From Phoronis australis (Eukaryota; Animalia; Phoronida), in the NCBI GenBank assembly GCA_002633005.1, contig NMRA01000163.1:32071-96070 (forward strand): DNA of 64,000 nucleotides. The letters are read 5' to 3'. The notes beneath the pieces were generated by a model that saw nothing but the letters and a program-made list of their open reading frames with translations, was not told the origin of the DNA and did not search any database. A program made the translations under genes and the position numbers. Below, piece by piece: positions 39,453-53,564 of the stretch. How positions within the stretch are numbered: the stretch's first letter is position 1; every line of letters begins with the position of its first letter.

Positions 39453-42366
39453 TTTTTATTATAGTGACATGTGTTCAAATGAATTTAAACAATGAATACG
39501 TTACAAAGACTAGGACCACCCAGTCCTCCACGAGGCTTATAAGTCACTTTAGATTCATGATACAAAAAAGAAAAGACAAGTGTGCACACATTGCAAGAGG
39601 ACCAGAAAGAAAGCAAATGGAAATTTTGGATTGTTTGTAATTACATGAACATTGCAAAACGCAGATGAAAATAGATCAGGAGCCTGTGATTGCACCAGAA
39701 CATGAGTAATAAAATGGGAACATGGATTGTAAACATGCTGTATCGTCTTTTTGAACAGTTACATGGAATTACTGGGATAGTTTTAGCTTGAAAAACTAGC
39801 GGCAATTAAAAAATGGCCCTTTTCATTTGAAGGATGAGTTTCGATAGGTTATTGCAAACACCAACCCAGAAATTCCGAAAACGAGTCCACCCAAAAGAAC
39901 GCCCATGGGAGCATTTTTAGAATTTTTCCAAAAGTACGCCTTATTTTCAGTAACTGTTCGCATACTTTGAAAATTGGATGAGATGTTCTAAAATACATAT
40001 CTACTGTAATATATTTTGATGTAAAGTTTTGTTCATTTTGGCAAGACATAGTATTTCAGGACGGGGTCGCGATTTTACTCATTTAACGAGAAAATGGGTG
40101 ACTTTGTTGGTAATTAGTAGCACAACATCAAGTACTGTTTCAACGGCATAGTTTCAAAAAATGCGTCCTCTGTTTCCGAAAATACGCCTGGGAGTATACT
40201 TGACTTCATTTGACGTTTGTGACATATCGTTTTCCGGATATCCGCTCATGACCCTAACTTCGGAAATTCCTGGTAAAAAAGTTATATATACATGTTATTT
40301 CTACTATGAGTCTTCCTACATTGGTTTAGTCGTGATACTAAAAATCATTCGAATTTTTGTAGCAAGTTCGTCATTTCAAACAAGTTTTGCCGTTGCTCTA
40401 AGGGTTTGTTGCATTGGGAATACAACTACATTTGAGCATACTTGTACGGAGTGGCGTACATCCCACAGAAAAACCATACTGAATTTGAGAGAAGATGCCT
40501 TGATGTATCAGTTTGTGAAAAGATTTACCACCATCGTAAACTGTGCACCCCGGGGCCACCCACTTAACATAACCACTGTCCCCTAATGTCCACTGGTGGG
40601 CAGAGGATGCGTTGACAGTAAATTTTCTCAGTAAAATAACTAATATTACCGAATTATTAGTTTGTAAATATACTTAAAATAAAAAGATCTCTTGTATGTC
40701 AATCTTGCGCTTGTTACAAAATCAAAATAATTTTGTCGTGAATCCAATGTTTTGAATTTTTCTTGCCCAAACACACAGTGTTCTCTGTCAGGTAAACTTT
40801 CCTCCGTTATCTCTTGCCAGTCAGAGGCCTCTGGAAAAATATAGTTTTACTTTCCCAAAACTGACTTATATCGCTCCGCAAAATCTTCGATTAACAAATT
40901 TCTCGATTTTTCGAAATATTGCATGAATGATTACGTGCACGTTTATACGACCTGTGCTGGAAAAGCGGAGTCCCAAAAAGTAATGTCCTGGCCAGGGTCC
41001 ACAAAAGGTGAACCATGCACTGATATATGGAGTTGTTAAATGTTCTGTTGAATTTTCTCTTATCAGCATTGCAGTCTTTCTTTTCTCGGCCCCGCGCCTA
41101 TGTCAGTTGCCACACTTTAACCTTGACCTTCAAATTTTTGGGGGGTACGTGCCTCCCCCTCCCTACTGCCCTGTGATAGGTGGATTAGTGTTTGCTGAGG
41201 TGGTTAATTCTTCTCTACATTGTAAGTGATTAGACGTATTGAGTGAACAGAACATGCAGTCTAAAAAAAGGGGTTGCTTTTCCATGTGTTCTCCTAGGGG
41301 CAACAATTTCAAAATCCAGATCAATACACGGTGACCGTGAAGAACAGATACGAAAGACATTCTCAGACGCTGAAGTCTCTCATTCCTGTCTCCTATTCAT
41401 CCAAAGAGGTACTAAGAAGCCGAAGTGCTTATCAGACACTATAAATGGCATAGCACAATACCCATCACAGTTGGCGGCACGCACCCTCCAAACCAACACA
41501 TGACAGCCAAACCCCGGGTTAGAAGTCTATGTGTGAATACATTTCATTATGTCTTTTTACATTATATACTGTGAACGACCCAGTTAACAAAACATTTTTA
41601 TAAAAAGAGGACGTCAGCTGTGAAATACACGGGTTTAAAAGGCGTATCACAGTATTTTGTTGAGACGACTCTCATAGCCGTAATCATACCTTAACTGCTT
41701 TGACAAGAACAGCTGTCTAAAACACAGATAAATGGTCTATAAAGGATGCTTCCTTTCCGAATGCATGTTGGCAATTTCAATTCCATTGTGTTCACAGATA
41801 GCTCTTAATTCAGGTAGTTTTTATAACAGTGTAAGTGCAGGCGGTCTGGTACAAGATGTACTAGACGTGCGCAGGCCGCCCATGTGACTCTATTGCACTG
41901 GTCACCTGGAACCATATTTAAGCGTCATACATGTAAATATGTTGTTAAAATCGAGCTGAGGAGGTAGAAATCTGGGTCTAACAGTGTAGCCTAATGGGAC
42001 TCGAACCCACGACCTTGAGTAAAGAAAGCGGGAACCTATCACAGTAGGCCAAACTGCCTCCTCTCATCTAGTTTTGGCTTTTTAAGAGAACTTTCGGTTG
42101 CTTAATTACACAAATTACTATCACCAAGGATTATATGATGACGAGATTTGACCACTTCAGTGTAGACACAAGAGTGTCTTAGCGTTGACATCGTCTTCAT
42201 TATCGGTGTCTTGCAGGCTGCTAATGCAATTTGCGTTGATGTTTGATATGATCAACATCGAAGCGTCATCTGAATTTGTTGCAGTTCTTATTTCGGGCGA
42301 CTGACTCAAAGGATATTACAAGCCCATTTGACTCGGGTCCCTTGGCTACCGTGGCAACATACTCAC

Positions 42367-42391
42367 CAGGGTCGGAACAGTCTCTGTGGAC
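42367..42391 (-). CDS. Gene C exon 2: 25-nt microexon VHRDCSDP
   Basis: Identical microexon and splice sites. Confidence 0.8.
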
Positions 42392-43186
42392 CTGAAATAC
42401 AGCAAATGGAAAATTTATGATCTGGCTTGTTCGTCTGTACATACGTGTCCGTTTATGGCAGCTGAGTAATACATGTCTATAATGGCAACTTCAACACAGT
42501 AATCACTCGCATCAATGTTGATTTGCCTGCATCCATTGGCTCGACCAGTCCAGTTGCCGGAGCCTGAAGCCGACCAACGCCAGAAATTTGTAACATGCAC
42601 TACTGCGCATGCGCTAAATCTTGCCAGCAGCCCTCCATAAGAAATACACAAGAACAGGCTATAATCAGGAATTTATAAATCAGGGGAGGTAACTACACAA
42701 TTTGCCGATAGCCTGTCGCATAGAGTGTATGTTAAGACTTGTTACTGCCAAATATCAGTGTCATTGGTGAAAATTTTTCCACGTCTCTTGAAGTTTGAAG
42801 TTTGCCCCATTCAGGCCTATGTTAACGATCGTCCGGAAGCCCATATTTGAGCGCATAGCTCATTTTGAAGTCAAGTTTGTGGCTGAATTCATTTTGCCAT
42901 CGGATTTGCCGATAGCGGAGGTGATTACCAGGAGTACTCAGAGGTTGCTGGTCCAAATTTTATGCTGTTTTTCGAAAAATTTTCCACGTCTCTTGTGTTC
43001 AGAAAATGGATCCACGTACAGTGCTGTGAGATGAAATGTTGCCGATCACCCGGCTGTCTTGCAGTGGAATTTGCACTCTATATAGATGAGAGATTAGCTC
43101 AGAATCGGTAAGAAACTGTTATGTTCATTTTCTCATCCGGTATGAGTTTAGAAATACTTTCGAACTTTGAAAGAAGTCGGATTTTA

Positions 43187-44001
43187 CATGCTATGAACAT
43201 TCCCACTAAATAAAATTGGTTCTAACCCCGGTGTTTAAGGTAAACGGCGGGGTATGGAAAATTGAAGTAGACCGTATTTATCCACCTTGGCTGAGACGCG
43301 CTCGGCTCATGGTCAAAGGGATGCCGCCAAGCTGCTCTATTCATCGAGTCACGAGCGAGGATAATTGACTTCGCTCATGCGGATATGATCAGCTGATTAC
43401 AGTCTAGCCTAACAACTGTACTTTTTATGGAGAGAATTTTACGTAGTTTTTACTGTAATATTTGAAAAGAGGAGNNNNNNNNNNNNNNNNNNNNNNNNNN
43501 NNNNNNNNNNNNNNNNNNNNNNNNNNNNNNNNNNNNNNNAATTTAACAACGGAAGTTGATAGCAATGCACCACAATTTTGTAGAAAGGCTGTCATAGGCT
43601 ACAAATACGTCACAGAGCGTAAATTTGATGAATCCTAGCTTCCGATTTTACCCGTTTGGGAAACCGGGTTTCAACTGCCGTAGGCTCACTACAATAAGCG
43701 TCCCCTCCCCGTGAAATGAATTTTTCTAAGCGTTTGTTTGAGCCAATACAGTATACAGCTTTCCACCAAGGCTAGGTGATGCAAGACATTATTACTTGTT
43801 CTTTGTTGCATTATAGTAACTGGTCTTGGCTAATTATCATTTTATGGCCTGGTCATCCATTCAGCCCAAAGTAGTTCCAGAGGTGGCTTATCAGCCAATT
43901 ATTCACGCATGCTGACTCACAATAGAAGCCTGATAAGAGTGAAGGTGGATAAATGCGGTGTTCCTACAGTTTCTTGTTTTAGTGGATGTGTTCACGACAT
44001 G
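43187..44001 (+). mobile_element. Nested TIR element with CATG ends and TA TSD; spans the 65-N gap
   Basis: tttta|catgctatgaacattcccacta...tagtggatgtgttcacgacatg|tatac; empty site ggattttatacag at ~54172. Confidence 0.7.
43475..43539. other. Assembly gap (65 N)
   Basis: Run of n. Confidence 1.
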
Positions 44002-47000
44002 TATACAGTTTTATGCAGGTTTCGTCTTTGAGTATAGTTGATACTGGTTATCTTTCAAAATGTTGTTTCGTTTTGTTATCCACAGAACGTTGTCCTTTCG
44101 ACTTAATTTAATACTGTTACATTGGAGTGGATTCCGGACACAAATATGTATAGGCTCACATCTGAAGATTAATAAAAAGCGCTTTGGCAGCCCGCTTAGT
44201 ATAAGGCTGCAAGCACACGCCGGCTGGCTGGTGTTCAATTCACTTTTGTTGTGCTTATGTGTAGGCCTACAAGTTAACATTGAGCTGTGACCCCAATGAC
44301 CCAGCTAGCACTGTCATACTGTAGACTGTGTAATTCCAGAAATTCCAAAGATTGTTATTGTAAACTTGACAAGTATTGCTCTGCAGACTTCAGTCGGGCT
44401 CACGGTACTAGCGCCCAAGCTTCCTGACCTTTAACCTTACTATGCGTTGTTATGATTGGTTAGGGACATGGCGCAAAGCGTCACCTAGCGGATCAAGAAT
44501 GTTACAAATTTCTGGCGTTGCAAAATGGCCGACGATTTTGGATGAATGGTGGGGCTTTAGATTTTAATAAATTGCGCCTCTGACTCGTTCTGCGACTGAT
44601 TTGCTCCCAATTTCAAATTTATTTTGACCACGAATTGAAATTCATCGAGTTGGTATTTGTCAGTTAGCGGTTTTGGAACTCCCGGATTTTCAGAATCACT
44701 TTCAATCACTGAATAACGCATTTATCAGTGACTGCTAGCTCTAACCATTATGAACCACCAAACTTAAATGTGTGTATAAGTTCAACAGTTCTAAAAGGCA
44801 ACTTCAAATGCAAATCGAATTGCATAGAAGACGGTTCATTTAGCTGATGAAGTGACGTTACTGATAGAATTCTGCGATAGGGAGGCTTTTCTTTGACAGC
44901 TTCTTGCGACTGGTTCTCCTGTTTCGGCTTCCGAAGAGCAGGGGTTTCCCAATCTTCCAGCGATACAACATGTCGAATATAGTCAAACCTACCCCTAACC
45001 GAGCTCATAAAATTGCCCTTCACAAGAGTGTGCACAAATAACACGGGTTTCCGTCTGTGTAATTGGTGAGAGGTAGTTTATGAAAATCCAGACTAGTATG
45101 ACCTGCAGTTGCCTTCTTAATAAGGGAACATGAAATTGGATCTTAACTGAAGAACCCTCATCACCTGCTACCACGCAGGAACTGATCAACTCAATGTAGT
45201 TCGGGACCAGGATCGAAACTCCCAATGAATTGGCATCCCGATAAAAATAGCAACAGGAAAGCGTCAGTCCAACCGACGTTTGAAGTAAGTTGACGCAGCT
45301 CTAATTCTAATTCGATTATGTGCAACTGTTTTCCTAATTTGTTAAGGTAACTCAATTGTGATTGTATTTGAATTACGGAGAGACAAAGGAACCACTGAAT
45401 TGTGCTGGTGGTTCTTTTTTAAACTTGAAAAGTAGACCTACTGCGAGAATCGAATCGAAATGTACCTATAAAGTATCGATATCGAAATCGGCTGCTCCCT
45501 CATCGCGATTTAGATTACGATTCCACCAATCGTCACACCCTTTGTTTATCCAGAACTTGTTTTGAAATTCTGTGTATCACAGGATATGCATACTTGCAAA
45601 CTGTCCTGCATTTGGAAGGACCGTCCCGCTTTTTGAAGCTTCCCACGCCCTCACTGCATCAGAAAGGCCTGCTGTTTAACACTCTTGGTGGAGTTTACAT
45701 GTATGTAGTATTGAACCTTTTGATGTTTACCAACAAAATTTACCGATCTTTTGCCGTTTATTTCAGAGCATGGCAAACAACATCGGGATGTTTCATGTGA
45801 TCCATTCGCACCTCCCGGTAAAGCACAACTCAATTAGTTCCAGTTCTTCCTTTTTAACGTTGTAATCTGTGGGTAATAGTAGTTGTCAACATTCCAAAAT
45901 GAAGAAGCGGAACATCTGGATCTAAGACAGCAAGTGAAATGTCCACTTCATGAATCCACAAATATCGCGGAGAAGGCGTTTCTCATTTCCTTCAAGGGTG
46001 CCGGAACTTGGAATAACGGTGATATTTTGTGCAACAGAAGCACGAACACGGGTAGCCATGCAGCAGTGCGAATGTATATGTATCGTCGTGTATGTCGAAA
46101 AACAGCCAGTATGTACATGTACTGATGCTGCGCTGTGACGCGGGCAGGCGCTTTAAAAAGCGGAACAGTCCTCAGCTGTGAATGCTGACTGCACATGCAT
46201 TCCACGGCTACGCCAAATACCAGTTATTTGCATTACCAATTACCATACTTTGATTCAAAAGCAGGCCCTATATCAGTGCAGAACAGCAGCTTGAACAAGG
46301 TTTGTTTAATTAGAACAGTGTACATGCACGACCTCTGTTAGCCTTTATTGGAAACACAAACAATATGCCTGTTGCGTAAACATTCTCTGTCATCCAACAA
46401 ATTACGAAGTGCACATGTTCATAATGCCAATGGGAATCTTATCGAACAAATGTGGCTGTGCGGTGTAAAAGTTAACCAGGTCTTGCTCAACACTCATTTG
46501 ATGGTAGGTATATTTGGCGGTTTTTTTAAACAGCCAATTTACAACATTCTTTAAGTAGTGGTAGCACAGTCATTGAATCTATTCAATCAGTTGAAGCAAA
46601 TGAATCTCACGTCTCATATGCTCTAGTGTTTATTAATACTCAAACTGTACGGACTACATGTATAACAGTCTGTTACGAACACTCAATCATAAATGGCAAT
46701 TCGAGTACCAGACGATGATTCTCGAAAATTGAGAGTCGGCATGAAGAACCACTTATGCTTTAAATAAGGAAATGAACAATGCAATCAACATTATGGATAA
46801 CATCATACATTTGTAGGAAATGCAGGGCAAGATTTCGGGCTGAGGAATATTGTTCGAGCTTGAGAGGTCCACCCAAATATTTTTCGATCCTTTCTGTGCC
46901 TTTAGTGGTATTGTAATACACCACAGAAAGTAGAATATCTGTTCAAATAATCTGATTTAACCGAATATCACCCGGAATTTGTAGCTTGTGCTACTTGTTT

Positions 47001-50000
47001 GCGTAAAATCGTACCAATGAGCTGCCCTCCATTATAACCAACCATTCTTAGGAATTAGAATATCAAGGTAGATAACTATACTGCACTGTATTTGCTGAAA
47101 GCTTGTTGAGTTGACTACATGTTAGGACTTATTTTTACCAAATATCCGTGTCATTGGTGAAAAATTTCCACGATCGTTGAGGATTGAATTTCGCCTCGTT
47201 CTGGCCTATACACTGTATAAACGATCGTCCGGAAGCCAATATTTGAGTGCTTTTGTAAGTGTAATTGTCGTGAAATTCATTTGCCGTCGGATTTGTCGAC
47301 TATAGACTGAGTGACAAAAACATTAGACAGGATGAGTAATTCATTGTTTCTGAGTAAAGGTTTCAATGACTACACAGTCTTTCTCCACACTTTTGTGTTA
47401 CGTGAGAATGGATTCAGTACATGAATATGTGTTAGCAAACATAGGTTATGGCGTTAAGAGTCACCTAGCGCATCAAGCATTTAATAAATTTCTGGCGACC
47501 ATGACCGCAAAAAATAAAATGTCTGGTCAAATACTTCAGCAGTACAGATTCGTTTATACAACCAATTTTCACCTTGCAAACAGTAACCGCAAGGTTACAT
47601 ACATGTTCAAAGCGATTGCCATCAACCCGATGGGCAACATAAACAAGTATCGAGATCGAGCGTGAGGACAATATCGCAATTTTTGATCAATCAAATCGGC
47701 GGATAAAAATGTACCGGTGGGAAAAATCATCAATCGGGTTTGCCAGTTCATAATTCAGGAACTGACTTAATTCATTGTCGTTGGCTCAAAATACATTATC
47801 TCTCAACTATCCGAACATTTTTAGTTTCTGTGAGCGATGTCTTGATTCACCGACAGGCGATCTCTCCCACTCGTGAGTTTGAAACATAAATTTGTGTCAA
47901 ATCCCGAATTCTCAAAAACGTTTATTTGCTCACGTCCTGTTTCTTAGATTTCGAATAATTGACACACAGACATTCTTTCACCACAGTAGTTGATCATACC
48001 CTGATACTTTTAAAAAGCCACCCGTAGTCAATGTATCTCTGCCAAAGGCTGCATTTTTAACTCTCTGTAACATAGGAGATTACGTGAAAAATTACCGTAC
48101 TTACATTGAACGAAGATTAGATATCAAGTTTTACAGCGAGTGCGTTTGACAAGCAGCATTTCTCGCATGCGACTATAGGGTGTTCCATAGAAACAGGGAT
48201 CCAGGTAAAAACAGATATCCTGTAGTCGAAAACGTACTCTCGCACCTTAAAAACAGCTAACCAACCCGAAAAATACGAACCCCAACCTTTAAAACAGGAA
48301 CCCCAGTATAGGCCGGGTGCACGCGCTACTGCGGAGGACTACTTGACGCCAAATTTGAAAATGTCTCTAGTCACGTGACAAGGTTACTCGCCCTGGCTGT
48401 AAACAAACGGGGAAAATTGCCATTGTCACATAACGCGAAGTTGTCGTGAGGACTCGATTGGGACCTCAGGGGTCTCACGCTCCACCGGCTAAATTGAAAA
48501 GGCTTTGTCCAGTCACGCGTTGTGGGTCATAAATCGAGATAATGATACCAACAGCTGACGCGACAAGCAGAACTACTTTCTTTTACTTCATTTGTGCACT
48601 AACTGGAGAAATTTAGAATTAGACTTTTAAACACTATCCGATCGTCAACTTTTTTCGGGAGACTTAAATCTCAATGTAGTTTGCGCAAAGACGATGTGCA
48701 ATTTTTGGAGGTGTATTGACGATGATCAACGTTAAAACGGAGAGTAAATAAGTGCGTAATTGATCATCCAATCGGTAGTTTTGCGAGAAAGCGACGACCT
48801 TGCCGAAATTGAATAACGGAAACCCTTGAAAATCATTATAAGCGAGAAAGAGAAAACAAATATTTTCTGACGTTTAGGCTCATTAACTTTGAGTAAACGA
48901 AACGTCGCAAATATGTTCCGTCTTCTCTTGCGCGCTCAGTGTTATGGCTAAAAATCGAGTTAGGAAACATCTAGACTAAAATCTTGATGGTATCTTATTT
49001 TGCCAGCGACCATACACGGTATAAAAATGAATGAAAAGCTGAATTAGGCAAAACTTGACTTGCTGGAATTCTCGTCAAGGAACGCATAAATATCACCATC
49101 ATCTTCATGTCAAAATTACCAACTAAAACTCGAGGGGGAGGGCACGAACCTTACATCCTGGTACGCGTTTTCGTTAACGAACTTCAAAAAATAGAGCATG
49201 GAGGAGTGTTTGAAAGAGCCAAAATCCATCCAAGTCGAAGTGGCCATAACGGAGCGATATGGAGATTTAAAATGACGTGATTTATCCATTTTTTCAGTTG
49301 CTGTGTACCTAAATGAACTGGCACAGAAAAAATGACTTAGGCCTACAGTACGATTTTCTGAAACGTACCTCAGCGAAATCGTCAAAGAAAAAAGCGCCAC
49401 TTGCCACCTAAAACGGACAAAAACAACCAAAGCGCGCAACGCGTCGCTTACCTGAAAAAGTAACTCTTTCACTTGTTGTTTGTGGTTAAACATGTGATGT
49501 GTACCCATATTTTTGGTCGTGGCACCCTACAACGGGCTACTACTTCAAATGACACGTATATATTGTCGATGTCAAAATTTAACTGCCCCACCGGTTCCCA
49601 GGGTTTCATGTTTTGTAATTTAAAATGATTGCATAAACTTAGGAATAAATGCGAATTACAGGCACTGCGTTCACAAAGAGTAAGAAAACAAAAACCCAGC
49701 GGCATACGATCACCTCGCTTTAACAATGCATTGTGCGCATTCCACATAACTAGTAGGCCACTCTTCAGATTAGTGCTTGGGCAATGAAAATAAGTGTAAG
49801 ATTTCGGAATAGTGTAATATATATTGTACATGAGAATTTCAAACGTTAACATGACTAGTTGTTCATACTATGGGAAAAGCAATAAGGGACACAGGCACTA
49901 GCGATGATAAACTCTTCAGTATAAATATTACATTTCACAGGATGAGCAAAACATGCACTAAGCACTGTTGAGATAACCTACCGAAATCTTTTTAACTAAC

Positions 50001-51110
50001 AATTATAAACTCTGCAATATAAACAATACACTTTATACAATGAACATGTAACAAATATACACACCCAAATAGTGTTACATGCAATCCCTGATGAGATCAT
50101 CCATAAGTATGAATCCCTCCATGTAAACAATAACTCACATGGTGAGCAAAATATTTAAAGTGGGACTTAACTACAACATAGAAACCTTCAAAATTTGTGT
50201 CATAGCAGTACAAGGTTCTACTACTTGACAAAACACCATAAGTGATATAACTGCTGAGATCACTACCTTCACGAGGAAAAGTTATCAATATAATAATATG
50301 AAACATGGGTTTGAGCAAAGTACCGGTAGGTGCACAATACTGCTATCCCTGGTGGAACCAGTCACTGAAAACCGCAATAAATTGCACACCTCACAAGATG
50401 ACAATAATATGTATACAAGAATTTGCTTTTCAAGATAACCATGTGGAAATGACAGGGTCATTGCAGAACTTGGTAAAAAATCTGCATTTCAGCCTAAAAA
50501 ACAACCATTTTCAAAACCACACCAGGAGTCACTGAATAAAAATACTAAAAAAGACAGTATGTAATTCATTTCTTGGGATGCAAACAATAACTATCCTAAA
50601 CTGAAAAGATCAGTCATCCAAGGCTTGAAGAATATTCAAAATAGATACACTGGTTAAGCAATAAACTAGTAACAACAATAACGGAGACATGTCGCAATAA
50701 ATACATCCCTAGTTTTATAGGAGTAAAACTAGCATTTCAAGCTCAACAATGCCCATACAACACAAGCAGCTTACACATTTCCATAACCACACAGGCAATA
50801 CTGGTGTGGTACATGAATGAGGTGCACACACTATGCATTCATACACATGTGAGTAGGACATTCTCACTGACCACAATGGTCAACAAAGCTGCATGCAGAA
50901 TACTACCCTGCTGGCATCTCAAAGCATTTGATATACATAGAACATTGGAAATGAGTGGAGGGCACACTAATAAATGCTCTGGTGGGGCCCTTAAATCCAG
51001 TAAGGTCATACGCTGTTCAGCAGAAAAAAAAAAGCTTTTCAAACAAATTTCCAAACACAGTACAACACTTTCAAACACGATTAAGTGCCAAAAATACCGG
51101 AATTGATACC

Positions 51111-51250
51111 TGGGCCCTGTCATTGATCTTTTTACAGGAATTGGAACTCGAAATTACGTTTGGAATTTTGTACTCTACTTTTGTGCGAACTTAAGACAGG
51201 TGGCTATTATCCTATGCTCCTATTAGTGTTAGTTTACAGTTGATAAACCC
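51111..51250 (-). mobile_element. Diverged end fragment of the Harbinger-like MITE family
   Basis: Resembles the reverse complement of ~17010-17171. Confidence 0.55.
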
Positions 51251-52659
51251 AAGAAGAATCCAGTACAATAAACTGGTATGTTATGAAATCCATTCTAGTT
51301 ACTTCACGAAAAATAAGCAGAGCTTGGAATGAGCAATAACAAAAACAGCGGAGAAATTTCCAGCTGATGTATGATACACAAAAAATAGGTTTGGGTGATA
51401 GACATTTTTGGATGTAAAATTTACCTGAACTAAACATTTAATGAAGTCGAAAAAATCATAAAAAGAGGAAACTGGAAATCCAATCAGAGAAAATCGACAC
51501 CAAAAAAGGAATTCCTCTTAAAAGACGGAAATCCCAAGCCCTGATCAAGTCTGTATTCTCCAGGCTTCAACGTGTACATAAATGCAACTGTCAAGCGGTA
51601 TACCTTCTTGAAATTGTCACGGCAAGCTCTCTGAAATGTAAACAGTCACAGTTTTGGTGGTGTGATTTTAAAACTTCTGGTGCTGATGACCTTGTGCACG
51701 TGCAGTAGTGTACCACAGCTTACACTCATGTAGTCAGAAGGTCACATCACTGTTTGGAAGGGCATCATTTTTTAGAGGGATTGTTGAGTGTTGCTCAATG
51801 CTCAGGACTCAGGAGTTTTGGGAAGCAGTTGAACGAATTAGAAACCAACGATGAAAACATTCATGAAAAGAAACCAAACCCCATAAAACGCTTTAATGAG
51901 TGGTTCGAAAAAGAGGAGATAAAAGTACATGTGCACTGTCAAGCAAGAGCTGCATGATAGTAAGAAAAGGTTCAACAAGTGAAATACAGTTTACTCACTG
52001 GTAAATATTAAACTAAGCAATCAGGGTGTAGACTGGACTGGATTATTTTGTAAACAAAAGTCAAGAGTGAACAATAGGGCCAGGTGTGCAGGACTAAGGG
52101 TTAAGCTAGTACTGGTATGCAGAATACAATGGCTTATCAATATATTATGTCATCAAATTCAGTCAACAGAGAGTGCACTATGGCAAGGGGGTTGGGGGGA
52201 TCTACAGAAAACAATGAAATGAAACATAAACAAATGTAAAGAAATGAGAACAAGGTAACAAAGACACGGCTGAAGATTGCTGTCTCCACCTCTTATTAAT
52301 AAAACTTAAATGGTAATTTAAAACAATGGCTTGACATTATTTCATTTGCGAACACCATTCCAAAAATTCTGGATCTGCCACTGGCATTGAAAATCCCGGA
52401 ATACCAATTCAATCCGACAACATCGGACTTGTTACAGTAAATCTACTTCACAAAGAACAAACACAACATTGAAGGCACCATGGTATATTCGCTCAGACGT
52501 TTATCTTTCACTAAGTAACAATGTTTCTCTGACTTTAAATGTGGTAGATGTACATAGTCTGTAATTTCATGAACACAAAATCCCACGCAAACACGGTATA
52601 CTTTATCTATACAGCCAACAGCATCATGCGAGCATAAGGGATGACAAAAAAATACTTAC

Positions 52660-52867
52660 GTTTTTCTTCACCAGGTCCAGGTACCGAGCCCGACGTAGTC
52701 GATCGGCTCAGCCTCTCACGAATCACGGCTCGACGAGCTGGTCAAACTCAGACGGCCATCCAGGAAAACCGACGTGAATTCCCAGCGCTGTCATTTACTC
52801 CCCGCTCAATTGCTTCCTTCCAATGGCCGTTTTCGTCAACTGCCTGCATTTTCTGTCCATCTTCCAT
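52660..52867 (-). pseudogene. Decayed first exon encoding a chromo-barrel/Tudor-like domain inside the 5-kb element
   Basis: MEDGQKMQAVDENGHWKEAIERGVNDSAG / frameshift / IHVGFPGWPSEFDQLVEP*; ends at aaaac|gtaagt donor. Confidence 0.6.
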
Positions 52868-53564
52868 TTTGAAACGGCTACTTTTGAATTGAGAGCAAAA
52901 ACAACAACACAGCCATCCTCACGTGTTGGCCGGACTCACTACTCACCACCATGCGCGAGTTAGGTCCTTATAGACATGTTCACCAAAATGAAACTGCTGT
53001 TTTCTTGTTAAAATATAGAGTACGATTTTACTTACATTTTGATAATTTACCATGCAAATAGTTTAAAAATGACAATTATAAGTCGATTTTGACGTCTTCC
53101 TTTGTTGACAGTGAAACCGCATTACCGCGTAGTAATCTTGTGTGACGATTCTCTGAGTGTGCAGGGCTAGCCTGGACTGAAAGTGAAATATCTCGGCCAA
53201 AACTTCATCGATTTTCGTGGGAGAAAAACGCTTGTTTTCAGAATTTTACGAGGAATTTGTTGATGAATCTTTTACATGTTATTGAAAAAGGCGAAAATAC
53301 AAACGCGCGAGTCATATTTCTTCAGGCAGCCCTTAGCGGCTTCACGGGCAATAAAATGTAATCGACCGAATAGATTCGTCGACCACAGATTTACCCTGTG
53401 GTTTTTCCGCTTGATCCCAGACCGCCCCGAGTTGCTCCAGCATCCATCTCGGGGCGGTCTCTCACGAGGGTTTAGCGTTATGAAATTGCGGTATCTGACA
53501 CATAAAGACGCGGAAGAGTGAGAGTTTTTTTCAGAAACATAGAAAACATTGTTGTAGAACATAC

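Larger units (their letters stand above)
42575..44520 (+). mobile_element. Non-autonomous TIR element (22-bp TIR CAACGCCAGAAATTTGTAACAT) with a nested insertion
   Basis: Perfect TIR match at both ends; absent from copy 1 (~10659); second copy at 53565-54710. Confidence 0.85.
48429..53482. mobile_element. ~5-kb TIR DNA transposon derivative in gene C intron 1, carrying decayed exons
   Basis: Ends cataacgcgaagttgtcgtgag / ctcacgagggtttagcgttatg; copy 1 shows the empty site cattgtcaaattgcgg at ~14951. Confidence 0.8.
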
